Positions 1 through 11,700 of a stretch of 64,000 nt of DNA are shown piece by piece. The position numbers and the translations under genes were made by a program. The notes beneath the pieces are model-generated. The model was given only the letters and a program-made list of their open reading frames with translations, made no database searches and was not told the DNA's origin. This DNA comes from Utricularia gibba (lineage: Eukaryota; Plantae; Magnoliophyta), in assembly GCA_002189035.1 (NCBI GenBank), contig CM007989.1:1736001-1800000 (forward strand), given 5' to 3'. The first letter of the stretch is position 1. The number at the start of each line of letters is the position of its first letter.

Positions 1-302
1 CATCGAGAAAGGAGGGGAGGGTTCTGAATCTGTGTACTGACTGCGAATTTGATGGGTCTGGTAAATGGGTTGTGATGCAATCTCGTTTCTTTCTGAATCT
101 TCTAGGGGTTTGCGTTTCCTTTCTAATACGCATATTCTGGTTTAGTTAGCTCGGTCTTGCGTCATATATTGGGGAGTGATTTAGTATTGTGATAGTAGAG
201 AATGAATTGACTTCAGATGCTGCACCTTTGACATGCTTCTGGAGGTTGGTTTGTCTTATCTCAAAGACAACCCTCTGAAGCAGGGAGTTGTGGTTATTTG
301 AA

Positions 303-1796
303 ATGGGAGATACCCTTTTGACTGCTTTATGTATGGAGAGCCATCACCCTTCAACCATCTTATCCATGGATTCAAGTGCCTCATCTTCACATGAGGAATT
401 GGAACTTGAGATGAATCGCCAAATCATTCTGACAACCCGTCCACCAGACATCAACCTGCCCCTTTCTGCTGACCGCAGTCCCCCGCTTCAGCAGCCATGG
501 ATTCCTGAACCTTGTGACATTCTTGATGTTGGGCTTGGTACTGCAATATATGAGACCGACTCATTTCTTAGTGTCCCCAAAGTTGGAAGGAAATTTGCCA
601 AAAGGGTTGATAATATCTGGGGAGCTTGGTTTTTCTTTAGCTTTTACTTCAAACCTGTGTTGAATGAGAAGTCCAAGGCTAAGATCATAAGAGATAGCAA
701 TGGGGTTTCAGGGTTCGACAGAGCAGATCTCCAGCTTGATACATTCTTGGTGCAGCATGATATGGAGAATATGTACATGTGGGTTTTCAAGGAAAAGCCT
801 GAGAATGCTCTTGGTAAAATGCAACTGAGGAGTTACATGAATGGGCATTCTCGACAGGGAGAGCGCCCCTTTCCTTTTAGTAGTGACAAGGGCTTTGTTC
901 GGTCGCACAGGATGCAGAGGAAGCATTACAGGGGGCTTTCAAATCCTCAATGTGTCCATGGGATCGAAGTTGTCCCCTGCCCCAGTCTCAGCTGCGTCGA
1001 CGAAGAAGATAGACGAAGATGGAGTGAGCTCACTGGGAGGGAACTGGACTTCACCATTCCAGCTGGGGCTAGTGACTACACCTCCTGGAGAAATCTGCCA
1101 AACACTGAGTTTGACCTTGACAGGCAGACTCCTCCGAATCCACATTCTCAATCTAGGAAGCTGCTAAGAGGATCTGCGCTCAATCTCTCTGCTCAAGAGA
1201 CCAACAATGGCCATCTGGATCTCTCTCCCGTCAGCAACAAGCGAAAGATCAATCCAGCTAATGGCAACGGCTGCATTTTCACCGTGAATCCTTCTGATCG
1301 CGCAGGCCCCGACTTGGAAATCCTTCCCACTGAGCCCCACTGGTTGAACTACTTCAGCGGAGTAGTCAGGAATGTTTACGGCCCCGTTACAGCAGCGAGA
1401 ACCATATACGAGGACGAAGAAGGTTATCTGATAGTCATAAGCCTGCCATTTGTGGATCTCCAGGGCATCAAAGTTTGCTGGAGGAACACCCCAACTCACG
1501 GAATCATCAAATTATCCTGCACCAGCACTTCCGGTACACAGTTCATCAAAAGGCACAACAGGACTTTCAAGCTGACGGATCAGTCCCCTGAGCACTGCCC
1601 CCCTGGAGAATTCGTTCGAGAAATTCCTCTGGCAACCCGAATCCCCGAAGATGCCAACATCAAAGCCTACTATGACGGCCCAGGAACAGTCCTCGAGATT
1701 TTAGTGCCTAAACTCCGAGGAGGACAAGAAGAACATGAAGTCCGTGTGTGCCTCCGCCCTCACCACTCTTCGCAAAATGATCTTATGCTCAAGTAG
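303..1796 (+). CDS. SLT1: SLT1-like protein (sodium/lithium tolerant 1 family; C-terminal HSP20/alpha-crystallin-like domain), intronless
   Basis: Single ORF. ATG at 303 gives MGDTLLTALCMESHHPSTILSMDSSASSSHEELELEM, typical of the plant SLT1 family. C-terminal EHCPPGEFVREIPLATRIPEDA...LEILVPK is ACD-like. Confidence 0.85.
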   Translation: MGDTLLTALCMESHHPSTILSMDSSASSSHEELELEMNRQIILTTRPPDINLPLSADRSPPLQQPWIPEPCDILDVGLGTAIYETDSFLSVPKVGRKFAKRVDNIWGAWFFFSFYFKPVLNEKSKAKIIRDSNGVSGFDRADLQLDTFLVQHDMENMYMWVFKEKPENALGKMQLRSYMNGHSRQGERPFPFSSDKGFVRSHRMQRKHYRGLSNPQCVHGIEVVPCPSLSCVDEEDRRRWSELTGRELDFTIPAGASDYTSWRNLPNTEFDLDRQTPPNPHSQSRKLLRGSALNLSAQETNNGHLDLSPVSNKRKINPANGNGCIFTVNPSDRAGPDLEILPTEPHWLNYFSGVVRNVYGPVTAARTIYEDEEGYLIVISLPFVDLQGIKVCWRNTPTHGIIKLSCTSTSGTQFIKRHNRTFKLTDQSPEHCPPGEFVREIPLATRIPEDANIKAYYDGPGTVLEILVPKLRGGQEEHEVRVCLRPHHSSQNDLMLK

Positions 1797-2069
1797 CTAG
1801 ATACGGGTGTCTGAATAAAGAAAGACAGGCATATATGCATGCACACATACCTGTTCCTGCTTTCCTGTATTTATTTCCTTTGCTCAAACCTCTCTCATTG
1901 TTCGTAATTTATTTACTCACATATAAACCAAATTGCAATAAAAATCATTCTTAATAAGGAATCGTTTACATATTTTTAAATAACAATTTACTTTAAAAAA
2001 AAAAATTCACTCCGGTTCATGTCCTAACTAAATAAATAGTTTAGAAATGTTGGATAATTTATTATAAGA

Positions 2070-2450
2070 GAAAATTACAAAAACAATATTTCAAATTTCA
2101 ATCAATATAAACAATTTAATCTCCAAATTTGAAAATTGTAAAAAAAAAGTAGTTGAAGTTATCAAAATCGTATAATGATAATTCAACTAGTTTTCAAATT
2201 TTTTTAAAAATAAACTAAATATGAAAGATTAAATATGTAACAAAGACTTAAATATTAAAAATTAAATATGAGTGGTTAAATATATAATAAAAATTCAAAA
2301 AAATTGTTAAAACCGTACAATTAAGACTCAAATATGAGAGGTTAAATATATAATTTTATAAATTTGAATGTAAAATATTTATAAAAAGACAAGTTAAATG
2401 ACTATAACACAATTTTAAAATTTAGGAATTAAATTTTTTGTAATAACTGT
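2070..2450. mobile_element. Degenerate AT-rich MITE-like element
   Basis: Inverted repeat 2111-2139 vs 2409-2437 (24/29 match by hand). Internal repeat aaatatgag(t/a)ggttaaatatataat occurs twice. No clear TSD. Confidence 0.35.
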
Positions 2451-2921
2451 AACTTGGAGTGACATAAAAAATTTCATCCTTAATTATATAGTTGAACCAT
2501 TTTTATTTAGATAGTGGGTAAAATTGAAATGATATAAAAGTTTTATAAAAATATATATTTAAAATAATATTATGTTTGATAAATATGTTTTTAATAAAAT
2601 TAAAAAAATGAATCGAAAAATATGATTTTTAGAATAAATACAGTGTTGAAGGTAACTAATCAAATGTGGAGATGCTTGGGATGAAACACTACTTTAAGTA
2701 TTTGTCTTTCCAAGCTTTTATATCTTCACTGCCAAATTTGTCAAAAAAATTTGTTGAATGAAATAATTTTGGCTTGAAAAAGAAGGTGAAGAAGAATAAA
2801 GCAGGTTCTTGCTTTTACCACTTGCTTCCATGTTCTCATCTTGGGTCTATCTTCTTCTCCGCTAGTGGTCTGGGTGACCATATTGGCTTTACGGAAGAGG
2901 GAATTTCCAAGATCCAGCGCC

Positions 2922-3943
2922 ATGGCTTTTTCTTCCCTTCCTACTTATCTTGATGCTTCAAACTGGAACCAGGTTAGGGTTTGGTTTCTTTCGCTTTTGC
3001 TTTTTTTTGAGAGGATGCTCCGTTGCTCTTTTTTCTGAGTTTTAGTTCCTGTCTTTGCTGTCGCGTTGATCAGGGAGTGGAGAGCAGTAGTGGGAGCCTT
3101 TTGTTGGCACCCAAGGTACATGGGGGCGGCGCGGCGGCGCGGCCGAGATCCATGGCGGAGCGTGCCCGGATGGCGAATCTTCCGATGCCGGAATCAGCAC
3201 TCAGATGCCCGCGATGCGAGTCCACCAACACGAAGTTTTGTTACTTCAACAACTATAGCCTTTCTCAGCCGCGCCACTTCTGCAAGTCGTGCAGAAGGTA
3301 ACCCATGGAAAAATACTTAATAATAATACGCTTATTTTTATTTAATTGCAGCTCGACTAAGATGTAGTCCAGCAGGTACTGGACTATCGGTGGCGCGTTG
3401 AGGAACGTGCCGGTCGGAGGCGGCTGCCGGAGGAACAAAAGAAGCAGCAAGTCCAGCAAGCCGAAGCCAGCAACCAGTTCCAACGCCACAAGCACCGTTT
3501 TGGGTCATCACGGCCTTGCCCCACAACTTCCGGCTACAAGCTCCCTGCCACCGCTTCCCCAGCTTCCGGAAAACTATTTTGACCGGGGAGCAGTGGAGCC
3601 GCTTTTCTCCAGCGGCTTAAAGTCCTGGCGGTTCAATCAGACGCGGCAACTCCCGTTCTTGTGCGGTTCTGATTCTTCTTCTTCTTCCCCGGAGGGTATC
3701 TTTCAATTCCACGGCAGTGAAGCGCCGGTATTCGGCGGCGGGCTGCTGCCTAATCTTTCAGGGCCGCTGTTTAATCATCTCGAGCCAGTGAAAATGGAGG
3801 ATACCTCACTGCCAAAGCAACTAATGGACGAGAAGCTTATGAGAAATTATCATTGGAGCAATGCAGCTTCTTCCTGGAATCAGTTCCAAATCCTCAGCTC
3901 CTCCTCTGCCGGGAATCCAATGTACGGAATGCATGAAGATTGA
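2922..3943 (+). CDS. Dof zinc-finger transcription factor (DOF5.1/OBP3-like clade), 3 exons: 2922-2972, 3074-3297, 3376-3943
   Basis: Exon 1 [17 protein letters not shown]. Dof domain [30 protein letters not shown]|[23 protein letters not shown] is rebuilt across a GT-AG intron at 3298-3375. Confidence 0.93.
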
Positions 3944-4589
3944 TGATGATCGGAAAACTCCAGAAAGAGTTGATGATAATTCCATTGCATTTGAGATCAG
4001 GAATCCGTAGCTCTGAGATCCAAGGCTACAAGGGGTGTAATTTCTAGACATAATGAAATTTGATTGTGTTTCTTCTTAACCTAATTATTCCCAAGAACGC
4101 TTTTTTTTAAAAGTGGTGATTATTTCTTATAATTTTCAAGTAGTTATTTAGAATATTAATTTAAAATATAATTTTATTCTCCTAGACTATACAAAACCCT
4201 AAATATCATAAAAGAAACGCCTCTAATGTCATATATTTGTCATAGTACTATTTGGAACCTAAGGTAGCGAGAGTTTTTATCAATCCTTCTTTACTTTTAT
4301 TTCTCTTTTTTTTTTCAAAAAAACTAATTTTTTTAATAAAATACACATATTGAGCACATATTATTTTTTTTAGAATAAAAAAAAGTGAGCACAGCGCAAC
4401 TTATGTCATTCCCCGACGGAATTTCAAAGATCCCGGCAATTTTGTGTCATTGGGAGTTGCATCTGCTGGGGAGAGGGGAGAAGTGCGCATCGACTTGAGT
4501 TGTAAAGAAAGAAGGGTATATAGTATTCGGAGGGAATCAACTTTAGCAGGAACCAAGGCTGCTCAATAAAGCAAGCAGCTCAGCAGACA

Positions 4590-4621
<32 letters not shown>

Positions 4622-4666
4622 GCGATTCCATTCTTCTTCTTCTTCTTCTTCTTCTTCTTCTTCTTC
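4590..4666. repeat. Microsatellites (CCAG)6 at 4590-4613 and (TTC)12 at 4631-4666
   Basis: Directly visible tandem repeats. Confidence 0.95.
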
Positions 4667-5014
4667 TCTTTAGATCCATCATCACTGTGCTCTCCTCTCT
4701 TCTCCACAGTGCATGCAACCAGTCATCTCCCAATCCAATTTTTGTTCTCTGCTGTTCTGCTGCACCTATCAAACCCCCACATTCTAAAAGGCTTTGAAAC
4801 ATACACCAGTAATCACCATTTGTTTTTTTTCAAAGTCCCTTATAACAAAAAAGGATGACTACCAGTCAAATGGGGATTAACAATTGGTTTCAAGAGGTGG
4901 GGTGGCAAAGATTCTCCATTTCAATTTTTTCCTTTAAAAATTTAATATTAAAAACAATTATTTTATTTGAGAAGAATGATTATTTTTCTAAATCATTCTA
5001 AGTCTAGTGCCCCT

Positions 5015-5031
5015 CCCCCCCCCCCCCCCCC
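5015..5031. repeat. Poly-C run (17 C)
   Basis: Directly visible. Confidence 0.9.
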
Positions 5032-6123
5032 ACTATAACATCATCAATAATTATGCTTACCATATAATATATGACATTTGTTTTTGGAAAAGGAGTAAGC
5101 AAACTTAGTCGCAACTCGTGTTATGTTTGGAATAATTTTATTTTTTATAAGTGTTTCAAATACATTTTTATTATGAAACACGAGCTATGTATATTAAAAT
5201 AAAACCCAAAAATCTAGAAGTGTTATTTTATTAAAAGATACTTTCCGAAAAATTATATTATAAAGTACCTAACTTGATCCCAAATTTGAATATAACATTA
5301 ATATTGTATGTCTCATTGCACCAATTCATTGGTTTACATTATGATTGAATTTGAAGAATGTGTCATCAACATGATTTTTCATAGCCGTTGTGAATCAGTT
5401 GATTTGCAGTTATGTCTGATGCTTCATGAAAAGGGTAAGAGTAGGTGTAAAATGAATCCTTTGGTTTGAAAGTGCCCATATTAGTCGACATGCTTTATGT
5501 AAAGAAATAATAATTAAAGGTTTTTTAGATATTTTTATTTGAATTATTAAAAAAAAGTAGGAGAAAGGATGAAAAAAGTGAGAGTGGGACCCCCTTGTAC
5601 ACTCAATAACATGGCATCAGATTCCCCGCCTGCAACCGTCGTCATGTGCCACCCACTCCAAAAAGAAATTAAAAATCCTATTTTTGACATTTTCAAGGTA
5701 TTTTATTTTTTTTTATGATTCGATTCGTCATCCATATTTAGAAAAGTCATAATACCAAATACCTAACGCAATCTGAGTTAGTTATTTAAAATATTCATGT
5801 CTTGAACATTTTCATTTCTTTATTTTTAAATTAAATTCAAAATATTATTGTTATATTTGATAATTTTGTTTAAGTTTTTAAATACATATATATTGAAATT
5901 ATATGTGATGGGTAAAATCCGACCGACCGGAGCTATTTTACGGTTCTGTTGTATGGAAGTTTACCGTGCCCGCAACTCCCGCCGGATGTTCAAAAGAGGC
6001 AAATGGTCGATTTCTGTATGGATCCTCAAAAAGGAACAAATGGAGAGTAGAGCGCGAAACGGGGAACCCCCTGAAATAGAAGAAGCATGGCAATGTCGAT
6101 GAAGGGCATCTGGGTTGGTTCAA

Positions 6124-8143
6124 ATGACGGCGAAGAATTTGGGCGATGAAGAATCTCTGGGGCGTTATGGGCCAGGAGGAGGATGCAGCATTTGGGGATT
6201 GTTCCATCCTTTTCACCACAATCGCCGGAGGAGACTTCCCCTTCCTCGAAAGAGCCACGACCCTTCTTCTCCATCGAGTGCGCCTTCATTTTCAGAACTC
6301 AATATCAGCGTTTCGCCTTCAATAATGAAGTTTTTTTGTTGGTGTTGCTTTAGGGAAGGAGAAGGCGGCTATCAAGGACACCGATCCTAAAATGGGAGCT
6401 CTTCTTCATTCTCAGCAGGAGGATTCAAACGTACGTTCCCCCTGCTCATTCTTCTTCGTGCATGATTGTGTGTAACAGGATGACAGTGTGCGTTAATCAG
6501 GTGGAGGAGAAGCTTCATGATCGGGTGAATGCCCGGAGAACCTCCATGAAATCTCGGATAAGGTCTCTGATAACAAACGAGATGAGTCGAATGAAGGGCC
6601 GCCATCGAAGAAGTTCTTCGTGTCCCAACCCTAACAAGGTGTGTGTACATGGTGAGCCATCGTCGTAAGACTGTACAGTAAAAGATCACTCCCAATGGGT
6701 AGCTCTTGTCTTGATCCAGGAGTCAGGGTTGTGCATGGATGCACTCCAGTTTGTCAACGATGAGGAGGAGGTGATGAAAACTTTCCAGGATTCTTGTTTG
6801 GCTCGTGAGTTACCCACCTCACGATCGTCGCTTCGGAAATCGGTTTCATTTCCATTAACCAAAGCGGATGCTGCTTGGAGAAGACAGGAAATGAAGTGGG
6901 GTTTCAATGTAGAAAACTCCTGCACAGATGATGTCAAAAGACATGAAAATAAACGGGGTGGTTTTAAGAGATTCAAGAAGCTTCGGCAGACGATAAGGAA
7001 TGTGATGCGTGTTAGGAAAGAGGAGAAAAAGAGGATCATAATGGATGCTGTGTACCACAAAGTTCCTGTCACGAAAATGCCTCAGCAAGTCAAAAGGACA
7101 GGACCCAAGAGCTTCAGAAGAACAAGATCGTTCAACGAGTTCAGTGGAGAACGAAATGAGAAGCCTTGCCATGTAACAGATCTTAGGGGATGTGAAAATC
7201 TTCGCCGTGCAATCAGACCTACCATTTCTGCTGCTTCCCTGATGAGGACGCATTCACTTCCTGAACTCAGGGGGTCCTCCTGGAATCACTTGGATGATGA
7301 TGATTTTGTCTCTTGTTATGAACCGGACGAAGCTTCAGGTGGGGCTGATGTTAACATGGGGAATTCGTGTCTAGCCAGAGATGGCAGATCTCACCGTTCT
7401 TCTGTTTCGAGTTGGAGCCATTTAAACATGGTGGATGCTGGAGACGCATTTGAAGATTCTGTTGATTCCAAGTCTTGGGAAACTGCATCTTCCCACCAAA
7501 TGATCTTGGATCCTGGGATGAACTCTGCTTCTCATTTAACACTTGAGAATCAACAGGAGGTTGCCGATTCACAAGGTAACAGATGACATCATTTCCTTGT
7601 TTCACAGGTTTAACAATGAGGTTCATATGAGTTTCTTGAATCCCAGGATCATCAAATCATGAACTCGGAAAACATCCATTGGAAAACAGGGATGCAGTCA
7701 GCAACAAGAACACAGCTGAATTCAACCACATAAGAGAGGCTCTCATTGCTTCAGGCCTAACAACAGCTGAGATGCTCAGTCATCATTCAACATTGTTTGA
7801 AAGGCTACAGCTAAGCACTAATGATCATCAACTTCTCTTTGACTTGATCAATCGACTGCCTACCAAAATCCAGGATTTCAACTGGCCAACTTTACTATGT
7901 AGTAGATCTGTGATGCATCACTGTGATAAAGCCCATCACATTATAAACCAGGTGTTGGGAGACATTAGCTATGCATTGAATCTGAGCCCCGACACTGATG
8001 AAGCAGTTGATGTTGTGAGCAGGGATTTCAGTAGAGACCGGGATTGGATGGATCTCCAAATGGATGCAGAATCCGTGGCGTTTCTAGTTGAGGACTTGAT
8101 ATTCGAAGATCTAATTCAAGAGATTCATTGCTTTCTCTCATAA
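6124..8143 (+). CDS. TRM (TON1-recruiting motif) family protein with DUF3741/DUF4378, about 5 exons
   Basis: N-terminal GCSIWGLFHPFHH motif; SMKSRIRSLITNEMSRMKGRHRRSSSCP; C-terminal WMDLQMDAESVAFLVEDLIFEDLIQE (DUF4378-type). GT-AG introns with compatible phases (e.g. 7576-7646). Confidence 0.8.
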
Positions 8144-8729
8144 TCTCATGCATCCTTTTCCTAGGGAATCAGGGTGCCTGGTTTTGGAATATTTATACCA
8201 AGAGATTCATTGCTTTCGGATGCATACATTCAGCCATGACCAGCTCGAGAGGTGAGGAGTACCTGTGACCTGGACCGTCAGACAAGGACACGAATATGGC
8301 TTGAACTTCTGTGAAACTCCTGCGCCTGGATTGCAACCTTAAGACCAGGGCCTATCCATGATCTTGTTGCAACTTTAGACCAGGAAACGTGAAACTAGAG
8401 CTGCAAGAAGCATGAAATAACTTGTGACAGTGAGAAATACATGCCTACCACCAAATCCATTGAAGGATCATCACGTAATAACATTCAAAAGTTCTATTAA
8501 AGATGTTGGAGTGCCGTGTAGGGTACACAGGAATAGTGCAGATATGTATTTACGTCATGGCGATCTATACAGGCAACTGGGAAGGAAGAGAAAATACTAA
8601 ATCCATCCTTGGCTGTTCGTCAAGCTCATGCATATATATGTACATAACATGGACATGGTGGAACACTCTTCGCAAGCCTAACAAACCGCTGCAAAGAGGA
8701 CGGAGCATATACTCTACTGCTTCCATAGT

Positions 8730-11700
8730 CTAGAAGGCGAAGAAGGTACCCATTGTTGTTTGCCTGAGGACCTCTGAGCTCCTATGAACACCATGAGAAG
8801 CCACCTGGAAAACAGATTACACGTCATACACGAATTGAAAGCACATAACAAGGCAAGCAGATACGATATCGCATTTCTATACGTCAATACTTAACTTCTA
8901 CTGCAAGAATATGATCTCTACCATCCATCTTCTTCGGGTGTGTCCGATCATATATTCATTTGCTCTCACATACTAATAAAAACACAATTGAACAAAACCT
9001 TGAACAGTTACCATATGGGTCAGAGCAGCATATCGTTCTTCATTGAGGAACAATGGCTTTCCACGACGCATGTCAATGTCCTGCAAATTATGGAGATCAA
9101 AAACTGGACAAGTTATTCATCATATGGGACCTCGCACAGGCTAACATGAGCAGAATCAAGAAAGATACAAAACTTACCTCTTCACCAAATGCATCCAAGT
9201 AAGGAGATGGCCAATGTGCTGGGCGGCGTGCTGACCTCTGCAGTAAGACAGTGGTTCTCTGAGGAAAAATGGCAAAGGTCATCATTAGTTAGAAAAACAA
9301 AGAAAAACTGAAGGCTTGCACTGCATTTAATAGTTCCACTAAGAAGAACAAGATGAATTCAAAAATCATACTTTAATCATTAAGAAAACCCCAAGCCGGA
9401 GCTGCAGGTTGCTGCATGTGTCTGACATCCACTTTCCCTAGACAATAAACTGTCAGTATCAAGGTACACAGAATGCTTTTTTCCTCATAACGAGCAGTTC
9501 CACCAAATCACTAGGGTTCAAAAGTTGTAAGAGACAAGATGGGTGGAATGTGCTTAATATTATTATGGCTAACCTGCAGCAAGTTTTCCAGTTTGGAGAG
9601 CACAGTTTACCACACAAGAGGCACAATGCAGGTTCCTCCCTTACAACTCCGCACTCAGGGCAAGCCTTCTTAATATATCTGCCATCGTGCAGTCCCAATA
9701 CTCAATTGACAGATACACATGGAATTATCTTAGGATGCTAATTTAAAGAACGAAGGGTAACCTCTGTAGAAGGTCTTGGTAAAGGTGGGGTAGAAGCATC
9801 AACTTGAATGGGATTGCAGGAGTGCATCTCAAAACTCTCTGACATTTTTGAGCTTCAACAACTTCGCAAAAATGGCTTAACCATGCTAGGGCTGTCGACC
9901 TTGAATTTTTATCGTTAAGAATGCTGCTATCAGGGGGATGTTGAAATACTTCTTCAACTTATCAACCTCAAGTATCTCTTCTTCATTGTTGCTAGGATGA
10001 TTTTCTGAGAAGGGAAATCCATCCCAATGGTTGCTGCCATAATTAAATGGCGTGACAACAGACCCATTTATAAGTTTCCAAAGCAATGCACATCGCCGTA
10101 AAAAGGGGAACAATAGGCTGCTGATGGCATCGAGAATACCATAGGTAGGATTCATAGAGCATGACTGAAAATACTGCCCCGCTTCAGGATGCTCCCCAAT
10201 CACTTGGAATATGTCAGTGATCATGCTGTCATGCAACCCCTTCCCAATCTCAAAGCTTTTCCTTCTATGATGGCATATAATAATTGCCTATGAAATTAAA
10301 TCGTATCACACACATAAATATCCATTTCATACCTCAAAAGAAAAAAAAAAGAAAGAAAAGGCACCTGAGTCAAGGAAACAACATAAAAGACATGGACTAG
10401 GGAGAAATACGAGTCTCTGCAAGATAACATCGGCCACGGCAGACAGAAAAGCATCCACATAAATGATGAGAATGAATCGTGGGCGATGATAGGTTCAGAA
10501 GCTAGCCTCCACAACTGAGTGTCAGGAAACTCTGCTGCCATTTCAGAATCTTCCAAAATGTAGAGCGCATTACCTGCATTGCAGCAATATCAAAGCATCT
10601 TAACCAGTTCCAACATAGAACACAGTCTTTGCATTATGGGTGTAAAAGTGTTGGGCTTATGCATTTCCAGTAATATAAGGGAATAGATGCTATCACAAAT
10701 ACATAAATGTTAGAGCACATGCTTTACAATAAATGACACCACCAAGTCAATGAACCGAACTTATCAGACATGTTATAAAGCATTTCAGCAGAAATGGTTC
10801 ACTAAGCAGTAGAATAATTAAGTTAACCATGATAATTCCCTTCAAATTTCGTACTCGAAATTATGTGGCATTAAAAAATATACTCCTAATAGTGCTTAAT
10901 GTAGAGCACTGCATCAACCATAGTTGTCCACATGACGTTCAAAAAGTCATCTTTCATGAAATTAATTGTTAGTTCTGCATACAGTAATATACAAATAACT
11001 AACAAGGGTTGCTTCAGGTATGATGCATACCTCTTCCAGGACTACGGTAACTTCGTAATTCATCAGAGTAAGCACCACAACATAACGATTTGGAAAACAG
11101 CTGAATGGCATGAAACCTTAACAGCACTGTTTGATAACTCATTCTCACATTTTGAACAACATCCAAAAGCAGTGACAAGATAAAACCCGTAGAGGAGTTG
11201 AGCTCTTTGTATAAAGCATCACAGTCAAACGATGGACATAAAGAACTCTTCCGTGACCGTGCAGAAATTTCAACTGAAGCAAGAGAGTATTTCAACATGT
11301 GCCACAGAATAACAGCACTACTCACTCTTCCAGTTTCTAAAATATTATCCTGACCAGGATAATACATTTCACACAACAAATGAACGATAGGCTCAAGGTT
11401 TGCTATTCTTATGTTCTCCAGTGGTAGAGCATTCACGTTCTTACTCTTGCAGACAATATTTGCCGTCTTCTCAACAAGTGACAAGCCACATTGAAGACGA
11501 AGAGAACAATTAACATCTGACAGAGTAAAAAAGTCTCCAACACCAGTCCAGGTGTTTGATCTAGTAGTTAGATTTGGAACCTTCCTAAGATTTCCAGGTA
11601 ACGTTGGCAGAGCAGAGTTTGCAAGTCCTCGGCACACAGGGCAGAGGAATTCACCCTACCACACAGGGTATCAAATTAACACTCATAATCTTCTTGGGAT

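Noticed and set aside
4684-4706. miR529/miR156-like sequence on the minus strand (AGAAGAGAGGAGAGCACAG)
   Set aside because: Low-complexity purine tract with an indel relative to the miRNA and no convincing star arm.
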